63,900 bases of DNA from a virus (Duplodnaviria > Caudoviricetes): the IMG/VR virus record IMGVR_UViG_3300020469_000046, positions 1 through 63,900 of that record; one strand, written 5' to 3'. A program made the position numbers and the translations under genes. Positions within the stretch are counted from its first letter, which is position 1. Every line of letters begins with the position of its first letter. Below the pieces are notes generated by a model that was not told the DNA's origin, did not search any database, and was given only the letters and a program-made list of their open reading frames with translations. Below are positions 7,216 through 16,578 of the stretch, one piece after another.

Positions 7216-7398
7216 ATGGATAAGGAAAATTTAAACGATATTATTAAAGAAATAGAAATTCTTTTGGAAACTCTAAAGTCTGAAATCTATTCTGGTGTAA
7301 ATTCTGTTTCACGTCAGGAAAACTTTGATGATCCAGCGGAAAACTACATCGTTGATTATGATGAATTATTTGATAGCGAAAACGAATACTTTGATTAA
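7216..7398 (+). CDS. Acidic hypothetical protein
   Basis: 60-aa ORF downstream of a promoter. Confidence 0.6.
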   Translation: MDKENLNDIIKEIEILLETLKSEIYSGVNSVSRQENFDDPAENYIVDYDELFDSENEYFD

Positions 7399-7403
7399 AA
7401 ACT

Positions 7404-7583
7404 ATGTACGAAGAATTAGACTCATTTGAAAGATCACTACAACATTTTGGTACAAGAGTAGAAGTAATAACTTGTATGGAAATGGGTGGTAAAATATCAT
7501 CTGAAGATGCTTATCAGTTAATTAAAGATGAAATTAAAGAACTAAAAAAAGTAAGAAAGGAGTGGAAGAAGACGAATGAATGA
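7404..7583 (+). CDS. Conserved cyanobacterial/cyanophage small protein (not in ORF track)
   Basis: Own translation: MYEELDSFERSLQHFGTRVEVITCMEMGGKISSEDAYQLIKDEIKELKKVRKEWKKTNE*. Confidence 0.7.
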   Translation: MYEELDSFERSLQHFGTRVEVITCMEMGGKISSEDAYQLIKDEIKELKKVRKEWKKTNE

Positions 7584-8265
7584 TTGCAAACTGGTTTCAG
7601 TAACCCCTGGTGCAGAGAAGCACATGGCCTATTGTGCTCGCGTTAGTAATCCAAATAATCAAGAAAATGAAAAGTTTTCTGGACTTCTAAAGTATTGCGT
7701 AAAGCATCAACATTGGAGTATCTTTGAACAGGCATATATGACTGTTGAAATTAATACTACTCGCGGACTGGCAGCTCAAATACTTCGGCATAGAAGTTTC
7801 ACATATCAAGAATTTTCACAACGTTACGCTGATTCTTCTTTACTTGGTGATACTATTCCTCTACCTGAATTACGTCGTCAAGATACCAAGAACCGTCAGA
7901 ATTCTATTGATGATATTGATCCTTTTACAAGGCAAAGGTTTGAGATCCTGATTCAGGAACACTTCAAGCGTAGTATGGAATTATATCAGGAGATGCTTGA
8001 AGCAGATATAGCAAAGGAGTGTTCGCGTTTTGTGCTCCCCCTCGCTGTACCCACCAGACTCTACATGACGGGCTCTGTGAGGTCATGGATCCATTATATC
8101 GATTTGCGCTCTGCTAACGGCACACAGAAGGAGCATATGGATATTGCAAATGCAATTAAATGCATTTTCTGCTGTCAATTCCCTTCTGTTGCTGAAGCAC
8201 TCGAATGGGAAAGACATGAAGACTGTCCAGAATGTCAAGATCAACCATCAATCACACTTGAATAA
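7576..8265 (+). CDS. thyX: FAD-dependent thymidylate synthase
   Basis: HWSIFE, RHRSFTYQEFSQRY (RHRx7S) signature. Confidence 0.96.
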   Translation: MNDCKLVSVTPGAEKHMAYCARVSNPNNQENEKFSGLLKYCVKHQHWSIFEQAYMTVEINTTRGLAAQILRHRSFTYQEFSQRYADSSLLGDTIPLPELRRQDTKNRQNSIDDIDPFTRQRFEILIQEHFKRSMELYQEMLEADIAKECSRFVLPLAVPTRLYMTGSVRSWIHYIDLRSANGTQKEHMDIANAIKCIFCCQFPSVAEALEWERHEDCPECQDQPSITLE

Positions 8266-8293
8266 TAAATAAACCATACATCATTTAAATTTT

Positions 8294-8542
8294 ATGGCTA
8301 CATACCCCGTTGTTAATAAGACTACTGGTGAACAAAAAGAGGTGAAACTGAGTGTTCATGAATGGGATCAGTGGAAAGAAAGTAATCCTGAATGGGATAG
8401 AGATTGGTCAGACCCCTCTACTTGCCCCTCTGCTGCAGAGATTGGTGAGTGGAAGGATAAACTCATTAAATCTAGACCAGGATGGAATGATGTTTTAGAA
8501 AAAGCATCAAGAGCACCTAAATCTCAAGTAAAGAAAATTTAA
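8294..8542 (+). CDS. Conserved cyanophage protein (FmdB-like, lacking the Cys pair)
   Basis: MATYPVVNK.TGE...GWNDVL motif; usual position before phoH; TAAATA late box upstream. Confidence 0.65.
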   Translation: MATYPVVNKTTGEQKEVKLSVHEWDQWKESNPEWDRDWSDPSTCPSAAEIGEWKDKLIKSRPGWNDVLEKASRAPKSQVKKI

Positions 8543-8546
8543 ACCT

Positions 8547-9305
8547 ATGGCAAGAAAAAGAAGAAGTAATTCTGAGCAACCAATCGGAGTCGGTCTCACT
8601 GCGAAGCAAATGAGAAGGAAAAAACCGGTTAATTCAGACCTTCTTATAGATATTGAACCTTTAACTGACAATCAGAAAAAGTTATTTGAATCTTACGCTG
8701 AAGGAAAACATCTTGTTGCTTATGGTTCATCTGGAACCGGTAAAACTTTTATTACTCTTTACAATGCATTAGCAGATGTTTTAGATGATAGAACTCCATA
8801 TGAAAAAATTTATCTTGTTCGTTCTTTAGTTTCAACAAGAGAAATTGGATTCCTTCCTGGTGATCATGAAGATAAGTCTTCACTGTATCAGATTCCATAT
8901 AAAAATATGGTAAAGTATATGTTCCAGATGCCATCTGATGCTGACTTTGAAATGCTTTATGGAAATTTAAAAACACAAGAAACTATTAGTTTTTGGAGTA
9001 CCTCATTCATTCGTGGAACAACATTAGATAACTGCATTATTATTGTTGATGAATTCCAAAATCTTAATTTTCATGAACTTGACTCTATTGTTACTAGAGT
9101 TGGTGAAAACTCAAAAATTATGTTCTGTGGAGATGCAACACAAACAGACTTAGTAAAACAAAATGAAAAAAATGGCATTGTTGATTTTATGAAAATCTTA
9201 AATGTCATGCCATCGTTTGATGTTATTGAATTTGGTATTAATGACATTGTAAGATCTGGTATTGTTAAAGAATATCTTATTGCTAAAATGGAGTTAAATT
9301 TGTAA
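8547..9305 (+). CDS. phoH: PhoH-family ATPase
   Basis: GSSGTGKT Walker A, IGFLPG, TSFIRG.T, IVDEFQN, TRVGE, GDATQTD. Confidence 0.96.
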   Translation: MARKRRSNSEQPIGVGLTAKQMRRKKPVNSDLLIDIEPLTDNQKKLFESYAEGKHLVAYGSSGTGKTFITLYNALADVLDDRTPYEKIYLVRSLVSTREIGFLPGDHEDKSSLYQIPYKNMVKYMFQMPSDADFEMLYGNLKTQETISFWSTSFIRGTTLDNCIIIVDEFQNLNFHELDSIVTRVGENSKIMFCGDATQTDLVKQNEKNGIVDFMKILNVMPSFDVIEFGINDIVRSGIVKEYLIAKMELNL

Positions 9306-9347
9306 ACATTTTCCTAATATAAGAAGTTCATTCATTATCCACACTAA

Positions 9348-10043
9348 TTGATAGAAAAAATAGTTATGAAATCGCATTTTGACCATAAAGAATTGGATCT
9401 AAAACCATTAAGTAGGAAAACACTTAATGGTGTAAGATACTATAATGTTCCTGGAAAAGAAGGTCCTTTAAAATTAGTTTCTATTACTTCTGTAATTAGT
9501 AATTATAAAAAAGAATTCTTCGCTGCTTGGAGAAAACGAGTTGGTGAAGAAAAAGCAGACAAGAAAACCAAACGTGCTACCAGTCGTGGAACTGATATGC
9601 ATACTCTTGTAGAGCACCATCTTAAAAATGAGAGTCTTCCTAAAGTTCAACCATTATCGGAATTTTTATTTCATTCAGCAAAGGCAGAACTAAGTCGTAT
9701 AAATAACATTTACGCCTTAGAGGGGGCACTGTACAGCGAGTATTTGGGAATTGCTGGAACAGTTGATTGTATCGCTGAACATGATGGCGAACTGTCTATA
9801 ATTGATTTTAAAACTTCTGAAAGACCAAAACCAAGGGATTGGATTGATGGATATTTTGTACAATGCTGCGGATATGCTTGCATGTTACATGAGATGACTG
9901 GTCTAACAGTTAAAAAGTTTGTGATTATTATGTCATGTGAGAATGGAGAAGTAGTAGTATACGAAGAAAGAAATAAAGAAAAGTATATTAGGATGTTGGT
10001 TCAATATATAAAGAAATTTTTAAATGATAAGTTGACAAAATAA
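9348..10043 (+). CDS. PD-(D/E)xK exonuclease (T4-like exonuclease A type); likely start 9366
   Basis: SITSV, RGTDMH, AGTVDCI, IIDFKTS, QCCGY motifs. Confidence 0.85.
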   Translation: MIEKIVMKSHFDHKELDLKPLSRKTLNGVRYYNVPGKEGPLKLVSITSVISNYKKEFFAAWRKRVGEEKADKKTKRATSRGTDMHTLVEHHLKNESLPKVQPLSEFLFHSAKAELSRINNIYALEGALYSEYLGIAGTVDCIAEHDGELSIIDFKTSERPKPRDWIDGYFVQCCGYACMLHEMTGLTVKKFVIIMSCENGEVVVYEERNKEKYIRMLVQYIKKFLNDKLTK

Positions 10044-10060
10044 AGATAATATATTAGTAT
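10032..10060 (+). promoter_or_regulatory. Sigma70-type promoter
   Basis: TTGACA-17 nt-TAGTAT upstream of gp33. Confidence 0.45.
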
Positions 10061-10084
10061 TTTCATATCACAATAAATCCTACA

Positions 10085-10381
10085 ATGTTACTAGAACTAT
10101 TAATGCCTACAACCAAAAAGAAAGAAGATCTTAATGTAGAAGAACTTTTAAAAAAGAAGTTCTTTTGTTCATCAAAATTTACTCAAGAAATAGAAAAAAT
10201 TGTATTGGAGAATACTGATATTAGTTACATTGATGCAATACTTTCATTCTGTGAGGTTAATAATATTGAACTAGAAACAGTTCCAAAATTAATTACAAAA
10301 CCACTAAAAGAGAAATTAAAATATGAAGCAATGAATTTGAACTTTCTAAAGAAAACTTCTAAAGCCAAATTAGTTTTTTAA
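10085..10381 (+). CDS. gp33: Late transcription co-activator gp33
   Basis: F.QEIE...SYIDAI..FCE.N.IE.E.V.KLI...LKEKL..EA..LNFL; synteny with gp59 and gp32. Confidence 0.9.
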   Translation: MLLELLMPTTKKKEDLNVEELLKKKFFCSSKFTQEIEKIVLENTDISYIDAILSFCEVNNIELETVPKLITKPLKEKLKYEAMNLNFLKKTSKAKLVF

Positions 10382-10383
10382 TT

Positions 10384-10971
10384 GTGAATCCTATAGAATG
10401 CTATAAAACTTATCTTTCTGTAAAAAATCATTTCTCTAAAGAGAGTTATGATTTTTTTAAGTATAAAGGAAAGACTAGAGTTTCAGAGAAAACTTTTTAT
10501 GCTAAAAAAGAAAGATTTTGGTTTGAAAAATTATCAAGGAATAAAAATGATAATGAAGTTGTAAATTTCTTTGTGTCAAATTATTCAAGTGTTGATGATC
10601 CATCGTCTCTTTGGATTGGGGATATTATAAAAAATGGTGAAGTTAGATATTCAGAATGGATAGAGAAAAAAAGTAATTTATTAGATATATTCTTATCAGA
10701 GTGTGAACATGTAACTAAAGAAAATTTTGACGATTATTTTAGAGTAGTTGGTAGTAGACACCCACAAGTTCTTAAAGATCATTTAAAAGGAGATATATCT
10801 ATTGAAACCTTAATAATATTTGATAGTATATTGAATTATAAAAAAGATTTTGATTCAAAACTTATCGATCCAATATGGGAAATGGTTTCATTAAGAATGA
10901 AAAAATATTCGGTTTTCCTACAAATAAATACTATTAAATTTAGAAAGGCGTTGAAGGAAATAATTTTATGA
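10384..10971 (+). CDS. gp59: Helicase loader gp59
   Basis: Y..YL..KNHF....YDFFKY.G motif; synteny. Confidence 0.9.
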   Translation: MNPIECYKTYLSVKNHFSKESYDFFKYKGKTRVSEKTFYAKKERFWFEKLSRNKNDNEVVNFFVSNYSSVDDPSSLWIGDIIKNGEVRYSEWIEKKSNLLDIFLSECEHVTKENFDDYFRVVGSRHPQVLKDHLKGDISIETLIIFDSILNYKKDFDSKLIDPIWEMVSLRMKKYSVFLQINTIKFRKALKEIIL

Positions 10972-11309
10972 CATTTTTTGATTCTGATCAAGTAAAAGAG
11001 GAACTAGATGTAATATTAGAACTCCAACAAAAAGTATATGGAAATATTCTTAACTTTGCATCTATGGATGATGATACAAAGATAGAACATATTGATCTCT
11101 TAGATTCTCTTTTAGAAAAACAAAAAATACTTTACACTAGATTAAGTTTGTCTGATGATCCAGAAGCAAAATCATTGAAAAGACAAATAGTAGATTCTGC
11201 TGTTATTATGGGTATGCCAAAAGACGTTGATATTAAAATAATCTTTAATAATATGAGTATTATGCTTACCATGATGCGAAAGCAGATCGAGGAAAAGAAA
11301 GGTTACTAG
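10968..11309 (+). CDS. DUF1825 family protein
   Basis: FFDS..V...EKQ...Y.RLSLSDDP.A motif. Confidence 0.8.
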   Translation: MTFFDSDQVKEELDVILELQQKVYGNILNFASMDDDTKIEHIDLLDSLLEKQKILYTRLSLSDDPEAKSLKRQIVDSAVIMGMPKDVDIKIIFNNMSIMLTMMRKQIEEKKGY

Positions 11310-11312
11310 GGC

Positions 11313-11341
11313 TTGACATCCCTCCAAGTTTCAACTATGGT
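11313..11341 (+). promoter_or_regulatory. Promoter upstream of gp32
   Basis: TTGACA-17 nt-TATGGT. Confidence 0.5.
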
Positions 11342-11376
11342 AAAGAAGTCCACAAGCCAAATACGATTTAATCTAA

Positions 11377-12348
11377 ATGTCAAATTTTTCTAATCTAAAA
11401 AAACAATCCGGTCTCGGTTCTTTGACTCAAAAACTAGTCAAAGAAGTCGAAAAGATGAACAACACCAACTCAAATTCAGATGAACGTTTCTGGAAACCTG
11501 AAATGGGTAAGGATGGAGTTGGATCAGCAATTATTCGTTTCCTCCCTGCACCAGATGGTGAGGAACTTCCATGGGTAAAGATTTATTCTCATGGATTCCA
11601 AGGTACTGGTGGTTGGTATATCGAAAACTCTCTAACTACACTTGGACAGAAAGATCCAGTTTCTGAGAGCAACCGTACTTTGTGGAACAGTGGTAATGAT
11701 AAGGATAAGGAAACTGCCCGTGCTCGTAAACGCAAACTTTCCTACTATAGCAATATCTACGTTGTAAAAGATCCTGCACACCCAGAGAATGAGGGTCGGG
11801 TATTCCTATTCAAGTATGGAAAAAAGATCTTCGACAAGATTCTGAATGCCATGCAACCTGAGTTTGAAGATGAAGAACCAATCAACCCCTTTGATTTTTG
11901 GGCAGGTGCAAACTTCCGTCTAAAGATCCGTAAGGTCGAAGGTTATTGGAACTACGATAAGTCTGAGTTTGATAGTGTAAAACCACTTTTAAATGATGAT
12001 GACGCTATGGAAGCAATTTGGAAGAAAGAGCATTCTCTAGAAGAAATGGTTGCACCAACTAATTTCAAAACTTATGAGCAACTAGAGGCACGTCTGAACG
12101 CTGTTCTTGGTCTCAACAAACCAAAAGCACGTCGTTATGATGAAGAAGAACTTGAAAATGAAAGTGAAGGTCGTGGATCGTTTACACCTAACTTCAAGTC
12201 TAAAGAAGAGAATGTAATGGAGGAATTGGAAAAGTCTTACCATCAAAGTAAGAGTGCTCCTACATCATCAGAATCAAAATCTTCAAGTGATGACGAAGAT
12301 GAAGTTGACACACTCTCTTATTTTCAAACACTTGCTGATAGCGAATAA
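11377..12348 (+). CDS. gp32: Single-stranded DNA-binding protein gp32
   Basis: DERFWK, IRFLPAP, HGFQG..GWYIEN, NPFDFW.GANF.LK, NYDKSEF; acidic tail. Confidence 0.96.
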   Translation: MSNFSNLKKQSGLGSLTQKLVKEVEKMNNTNSNSDERFWKPEMGKDGVGSAIIRFLPAPDGEELPWVKIYSHGFQGTGGWYIENSLTTLGQKDPVSESNRTLWNSGNDKDKETARARKRKLSYYSNIYVVKDPAHPENEGRVFLFKYGKKIFDKILNAMQPEFEDEEPINPFDFWAGANFRLKIRKVEGYWNYDKSEFDSVKPLLNDDDAMEAIWKKEHSLEEMVAPTNFKTYEQLEARLNAVLGLNKPKARRYDEEELENESEGRGSFTPNFKSKEENVMEELEKSYHQSKSAPTSSESKSSSDDEDEVDTLSYFQTLADSE

Positions 12349-13032
12349 TTAATCTACGTAGTAGTTAGGATCATCTGCTCTTAATAAGGTTTTAGTCAAA
12401 AATTGACTAGAACCTTTTTTATATTTCATGACAGACTTCAAATCATCTAATATAGTTGGTACATAAGATGGTTTTAATAAAGAGATATTTCTTTTATTAT
12501 CTTCTCTTTCTTGTTCGTATTGGAAGTTTGTAACTGCCTCAGTTATATTAGTTACAGTAGTTTCATTTCCAGTTCCAAGATCCCTATATGTGACACTATA
12601 GTTTTGATCTACTACTATTCCTTTTGGTAGAACTAAATTTCCATTACTATCACTAACTCCAAGGGTTCTATAATTTCTAACAGCATAAAGATTATCATAA
12701 GTACCATATTTTTCTAGTAAAAATCTATCAAATCCTTTTTGGGAAAGAGGCCATTCATCTCTAAGATTCAAAATATTGTTTGAAATTAAAACTATCCAAT
12801 CAAGAGATTCATCACCATAAAATTTATATGCAATTTGATCTGGTCTTTCATCTCCTTTAACTTGATAATTGGTAAAATAAACTAAATTGGAGAATATATC
12901 CTCTCTAATTTTTACTCTTCTGAATAAATTTTTTACAGGAATATACGAATTGAAGACACCTTCATCATCTGGTTGTTGACTAATAAATTCAAAGTTAGGA
13001 AGTTGTCTGAAGTATTTAAGTGATTCTGCCAT
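12349..13032 (-). CDS. gp53: Baseplate wedge protein gp53
   Basis: YF...P, LysM-like ERPDQIAYKFYG...WIVL.SN, EWPL; synteny. Confidence 0.9.
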   Translation of the reverse strand: MAESLKYFRQLPNFEFISQQPDDEGVFNSYIPVKNLFRRVKIREDIFSNLVYFTNYQVKGDERPDQIAYKFYGDESLDWIVLISNNILNLRDEWPLSQKGFDRFLLEKYGTYDNLYAVRNYRTLGVSDSNGNLVLPKGIVVDQNYSVTYRDLGTGNETTVTNITEAVTNFQYEQEREDNKRNISLLKPSYVPTILDDLKSVMKYKKGSSQFLTKTLLRADDPNYYVD

Positions 13033-13035
13033 TTT

Positions 13036-14358
13036 TTAAAATCCCATGGTGTTTTCTTTACCATTATAATCCTCATAATAAAGAGGTTCTAATTCAGTAA
13101 ATTGTAATGTCATTTTATAAGCAATCATAGATCCATCTGCAGAATGAGTCATATATGTATTTTGTGGTGTGTAATCAACTGCACATTCTCTCAGGGCGCA
13201 TTTTTTCTTCACCATATTAATATATGGATGATCCTCCTTATTTTCATACAGATATCTAATACTGAAAACATTAGGTGCTTGTAAGAATAAATTCTTAGCT
13301 GATCTTCTGGGTGCCATACCTTCTTTAAAAAATCTAATAATATTTCTAATTTGTTGTGCTTCTTCATTACTCCTTGGCGTCATTTCAATGGTGTAAGCAA
13401 AGTCTCTTAAAGCAGGACCACCAAACAGTAATTCAAGATTCGGATTAACAATTGCACCATTAAATCTAGCTAATGCATTATTAAGTCCTGCTGCTTGACC
13501 AGCAAGAGCAGTTTTAATTTGACCTTGAGTACCTGGATCACTCAGTGCATTAATAGCCTTTTCTAAAGCGGCTTTAGAACCCGCACCAAAATTATCCATC
13601 ATCGCTAGAGACGCTTTTGCAGCTTCTAATTCAAATGCATTTGCACTATCATCTTGCCAGTTTACTCTATTTGAATCTCTAATTCCTGTAGGAATTGCTA
13701 AAATTACACTACCATTTCTAGGTTCAAAATTGTCTTCTCTGCTCCCTACAGTACCAAAGTCTTGTCCTGTTCTAGATAATTTTCCATATCTAAATTGTTT
13801 AAACTCAATTGTATCCTGATGCAATAGTGTAGTTTCATGCATTTTGATGGGATATGTATAGTCGTCATAATGATCAGGATCTCCTAGTATTTCAATATCA
13901 AAATCAGGAAGTTCGTTAATTACTTGAACAGGAGGGGGTTCAGTATCACCCTCTTCTCCTGTGTTAGATAAAGTACTTTTATATCCATCTGTCTCAGATA
14001 TCTCTGATTTATCTTCTTCAGAAGAAGTTGATAATATAATCTGAGATGAACCACTTTTTGCATTATCTATAACTTTTGTAAGCCCGTCATTTCCAATCTC
14101 TTCTACAATTTGGTTGTAAGATTCAGAAGCATTGCTATCGTCTTCTGGAGGATCCCACTTATTCAATTTTGGATCATAATTGATAAATTCTATATTAGTT
14201 TCTTTATCAATTATAGTTATCTTTCCTGTAGTGTTGTCTACCTTAATAGAGAAATTTTTATTCGCGCCACTATCATCATCTTTAAGGGGGACGGGTACAG
14301 TTGCATTATATACGTTTGAGTCTTGAGTATCTACTGACCATCCTTGCGGGATATTCAT
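13036..14358 (-). CDS. gp48: Baseplate tail-tube cap gp48
   Basis: NPNLELLF.GP.LR.F, PRS..EA..I..II..FK, LQFTELEP. Confidence 0.88.
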   Translation of the reverse strand: MNIPQGWSVDTQDSNVYNATVPVPLKDDDSGANKNFSIKVDNTTGKITIIDKETNIEFINYDPKLNKWDPPEDDSNASESYNQIVEEIGNDGLTKVIDNAKSGSSQIILSTSSEEDKSEISETDGYKSTLSNTGEEGDTEPPPVQVINELPDFDIEILGDPDHYDDYTYPIKMHETTLLHQDTIEFKQFRYGKLSRTGQDFGTVGSREDNFEPRNGSVILAIPTGIRDSNRVNWQDDSANAFELEAAKASLAMMDNFGAGSKAALEKAINALSDPGTQGQIKTALAGQAAGLNNALARFNGAIVNPNLELLFGGPALRDFAYTIEMTPRSNEEAQQIRNIIRFFKEGMAPRRSAKNLFLQAPNVFSIRYLYENKEDHPYINMVKKKCALRECAVDYTPQNTYMTHSADGSMIAYKMTLQFTELEPLYYEDYNGKENTMGF

Positions 14359-14385
14359 TGAATAGTTAACCTTGTATGTGTTTAT

Positions 14386-14838
14386 TTATTTGATACCTAA
14401 ATCATATTCGGTAATAATTTTAAATTCAAGTTTCCTATCTTCGCAAAATTCTTTTGCTGCTTTCCATTTAGCAACATTTTTTTCATAAGTTAAAACTTCA
14501 GAAATAAAAGTTTTTTTTCTTTTATTTTTAGTTTCTTTCGGTGGCAAAGTCTGTTTTTGTGGTTTTACCTCAATAACATAACTTTTAGTTCTCCCCTGCT
14601 TATCTTTGACCTTCATTATAAAGTCTGGAAAGTATCTTCTAACTTTTCTTGTTGTTGGATCAAAATAAGGTATAAAAAATTCTTCAGATCCCCATTCAAT
14701 AATATTGTCATTTCTATCACAATATCTCATGAAATTTACTTCCCATGAAGATCTATATATTATATTATTAGGATCACCCTTATATTTTTGGGGGTTTGTT
14801 GGGTGGAACTTTCCTTGATGGTATTTACCGTCTCGCAT
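14386..14838 (-). CDS. gp4: Head completion nuclease gp4
   Basis: NPQKYKGD...YRSSWE...WGSEE..IPY...RYFPDF...IEVKP...KWKAA. Confidence 0.92.
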   Translation of the reverse strand: MRDGKYHQGKFHPTNPQKYKGDPNNIIYRSSWEVNFMRYCDRNDNIIEWGSEEFFIPYFDPTTRKVRRYFPDFIMKVKDKQGRTKSYVIEVKPQKQTLPPKETKNKRKKTFISEVLTYEKNVAKWKAAKEFCEDRKLEFKIITEYDLGIK

Positions 14839-14859
14839 ACATATTATATAAGGTTTTAA

Positions 14860-14867
14860 TATTTATA
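14860..14867 (-). promoter_or_regulatory. T4-type late promoter (TATAAATA) for gp4-gp48-gp53
   Basis: Plus-strand TATTTATA, part of the palindrome ATTTATATAAAT in the divergent gap. Confidence 0.6.
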
Positions 14868-14870
14868 TAA

Positions 14871-15650
14871 ATGGCTAGGCCAACACCACAAATTAAAAGT
14901 GTAGATCAGTTAAAGGCAAGTATTTTAAGTCCTGCAACAACATCTAATTATATTTGTAGATTTGCATTTCCATCTGGTGGCGGTAAAGAATTTACTGATC
15001 TCTATAAAGGTGCTAATCAAGAGTTATTGGAGATTTCTTGCTCAGAGGCATCACTACCTGGATCATCTTTAGCAACTCTTGATATCGATAACTCATTTCA
15101 TGGAGTATCGGAAAAAATGGCCTATAGAAAAATATATGATGATAGAGCGGATTTCACTTTTATTGTAGATAGAGATTACTTTGCTATTAAGTATTTTGAA
15201 AAATGGATTTCATTTATTGTAGGTGAAAGTGGTGATGTAAATGTACCTGCACTTAATCCTGCAATAGAACAAGATAATTATTCATATAGAGTAAAATACC
15301 CAGAAGCATATAGAACTGATCAATTATACATAACAAAATTTGAGAAAGATCATTTTGCTTCATCAAAGGTTCAGAAGACAGCAACATTGGTATACAAATT
15401 TATTGGTGCGTACCCAATTTCAATAGTTAGTATGCCTGTAAGTTATGATCAATCACAATTATTAAAATGTACGGTATCATTTACATATTTAAGATATGTA
15501 GTGAACCCCATAAAAGAACCTGTAGAAGACACTCTATCAGGGTCAGAAAATTCTACAGGAGGTCAAAGTCTACCAATCCAAAATCCATCTCTTGATGCTA
15601 CTCTTGGTGCAAACGACCTTTTATCTAGTATCGATCTAGGATTATCCTAA
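14871..15650 (+). CDS. Tail-tube/baseplate junction protein (gp54/gp19-like)
   Basis: C..ASLPG, F.VD, FEKW, AYPISI, CTVSF.Y tube-fold motifs. Confidence 0.75.
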   Translation: MARPTPQIKSVDQLKASILSPATTSNYICRFAFPSGGGKEFTDLYKGANQELLEISCSEASLPGSSLATLDIDNSFHGVSEKMAYRKIYDDRADFTFIVDRDYFAIKYFEKWISFIVGESGDVNVPALNPAIEQDNYSYRVKYPEAYRTDQLYITKFEKDHFASSKVQKTATLVYKFIGAYPISIVSMPVSYDQSQLLKCTVSFTYLRYVVNPIKEPVEDTLSGSENSTGGQSLPIQNPSLDATLGANDLLSSIDLGLS

Positions 15651-15682
15651 TAAATAATAATAACTGAATTGTATTACGTATT

Positions 15683-16402
15683 ATGCCTTTACCCAAGATT
15701 TCTACGCCAACTTATGAGTTGGAGTTGCCATCGACTGGAAAAACTGTAAAATTTAGACCATTTTTAGTAAGAGAAGAAAAAGTATTGGTAATTGCTCTTG
15801 AGAGTGAAGACACCAAACAAATTACAACAGCAATCAAAGATGTAATTAGAAATTGTATTCATACTAAAGGAATAGAAGTTGAAACTCTTCCTACTTTTGA
15901 TATCGAGTTTTTATTCTTAAACATTAGAGCGAAATCCCTTGGGGAAGAAATTGAAGTCAATGTTATTTGCCCAGATGATGAAACTACAACTGTACCTGTT
16001 AAAATCAATGTAGATGATATTAAGGTACAAAAAAATGATAAGCATACTAATAAAATTAAACTTGATGAAACTTTAATGATGGAGATGAAATATCCATCAT
16101 TGGATCAGTTCATTCAAAGTAATTTTGATTTTAGTGAAACAAATCAACTAGAGCAATCATTTCAGTTAATTTCTAGTTGTGTTGATAAGATTTATAGTGA
16201 AGAAGAGGCATGGGATTCTTCTGATGTAACTAAAGATGAAATTGTTGAATTTCTTGAGCAAATGAATTCTTCACAGTTTAAAGAAATTGAAACTTTCTTT
16301 GAAACTATGCCAAAACTTGCACATACAATTAAAGTAAAAAATCCAAATACCAAAGTTTCAAATAGCATCACTCTGGAGGGACTATCAAGTTTTTTCGCAT
16401 AG
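15683..16402 (+). CDS. gp26: Baseplate hub assembly protein gp26
   Basis: MPLPKI.TPTYEL.LPS, FRPFLV.EEK, DIEFLFL.IRAKS.GE, C-terminal LEGLSSFF. Confidence 0.93.
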   Translation: MPLPKISTPTYELELPSTGKTVKFRPFLVREEKVLVIALESEDTKQITTAIKDVIRNCIHTKGIEVETLPTFDIEFLFLNIRAKSLGEEIEVNVICPDDETTTVPVKINVDDIKVQKNDKHTNKIKLDETLMMEMKYPSLDQFIQSNFDFSETNQLEQSFQLISSCVDKIYSEEEAWDSSDVTKDEIVEFLEQMNSSQFKEIETFFETMPKLAHTIKVKNPNTKVSNSITLEGLSSFFA

Positions 16403-16404
16403 GA

Positions 16405-16578
16405 ATGTCTCACATGAGTTTGGCTAGTTATTTTGAACTTAATTTTGCGTTAATACAATATCATAAATACTCATTAACAGAAATTGAAAGTATGATACCT
16501 TGGGAGAGAGACATTTACGTTGCTATGTTGCAGAACCACTTAGAAGAAGAAAAACTAAAGCAGCAACAAAATGCCTAA
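16405..16578 (+). CDS. gp51: Baseplate hub assembly catalyst gp51 (not in ORF track)
   Basis: Own translation: MSHMSLASYFELNFALIQYHKYSLTEIESMIPWERDIYVAMLQNHLEEEKLKQQQNA*; NF.L.Q.HKYSL.E.E.M.PWER.IY motif. Confidence 0.88.
   Translation: MSHMSLASYFELNFALIQYHKYSLTEIESMIPWERDIYVAMLQNHLEEEKLKQQQNA

Noticed and set aside
9348-10043. Cas4/CRISPR adaptation gene
   Set aside because: No four-Cys Fe-S arrangement, no array, and it occupies the usual exonuclease position between phoH and gp33.
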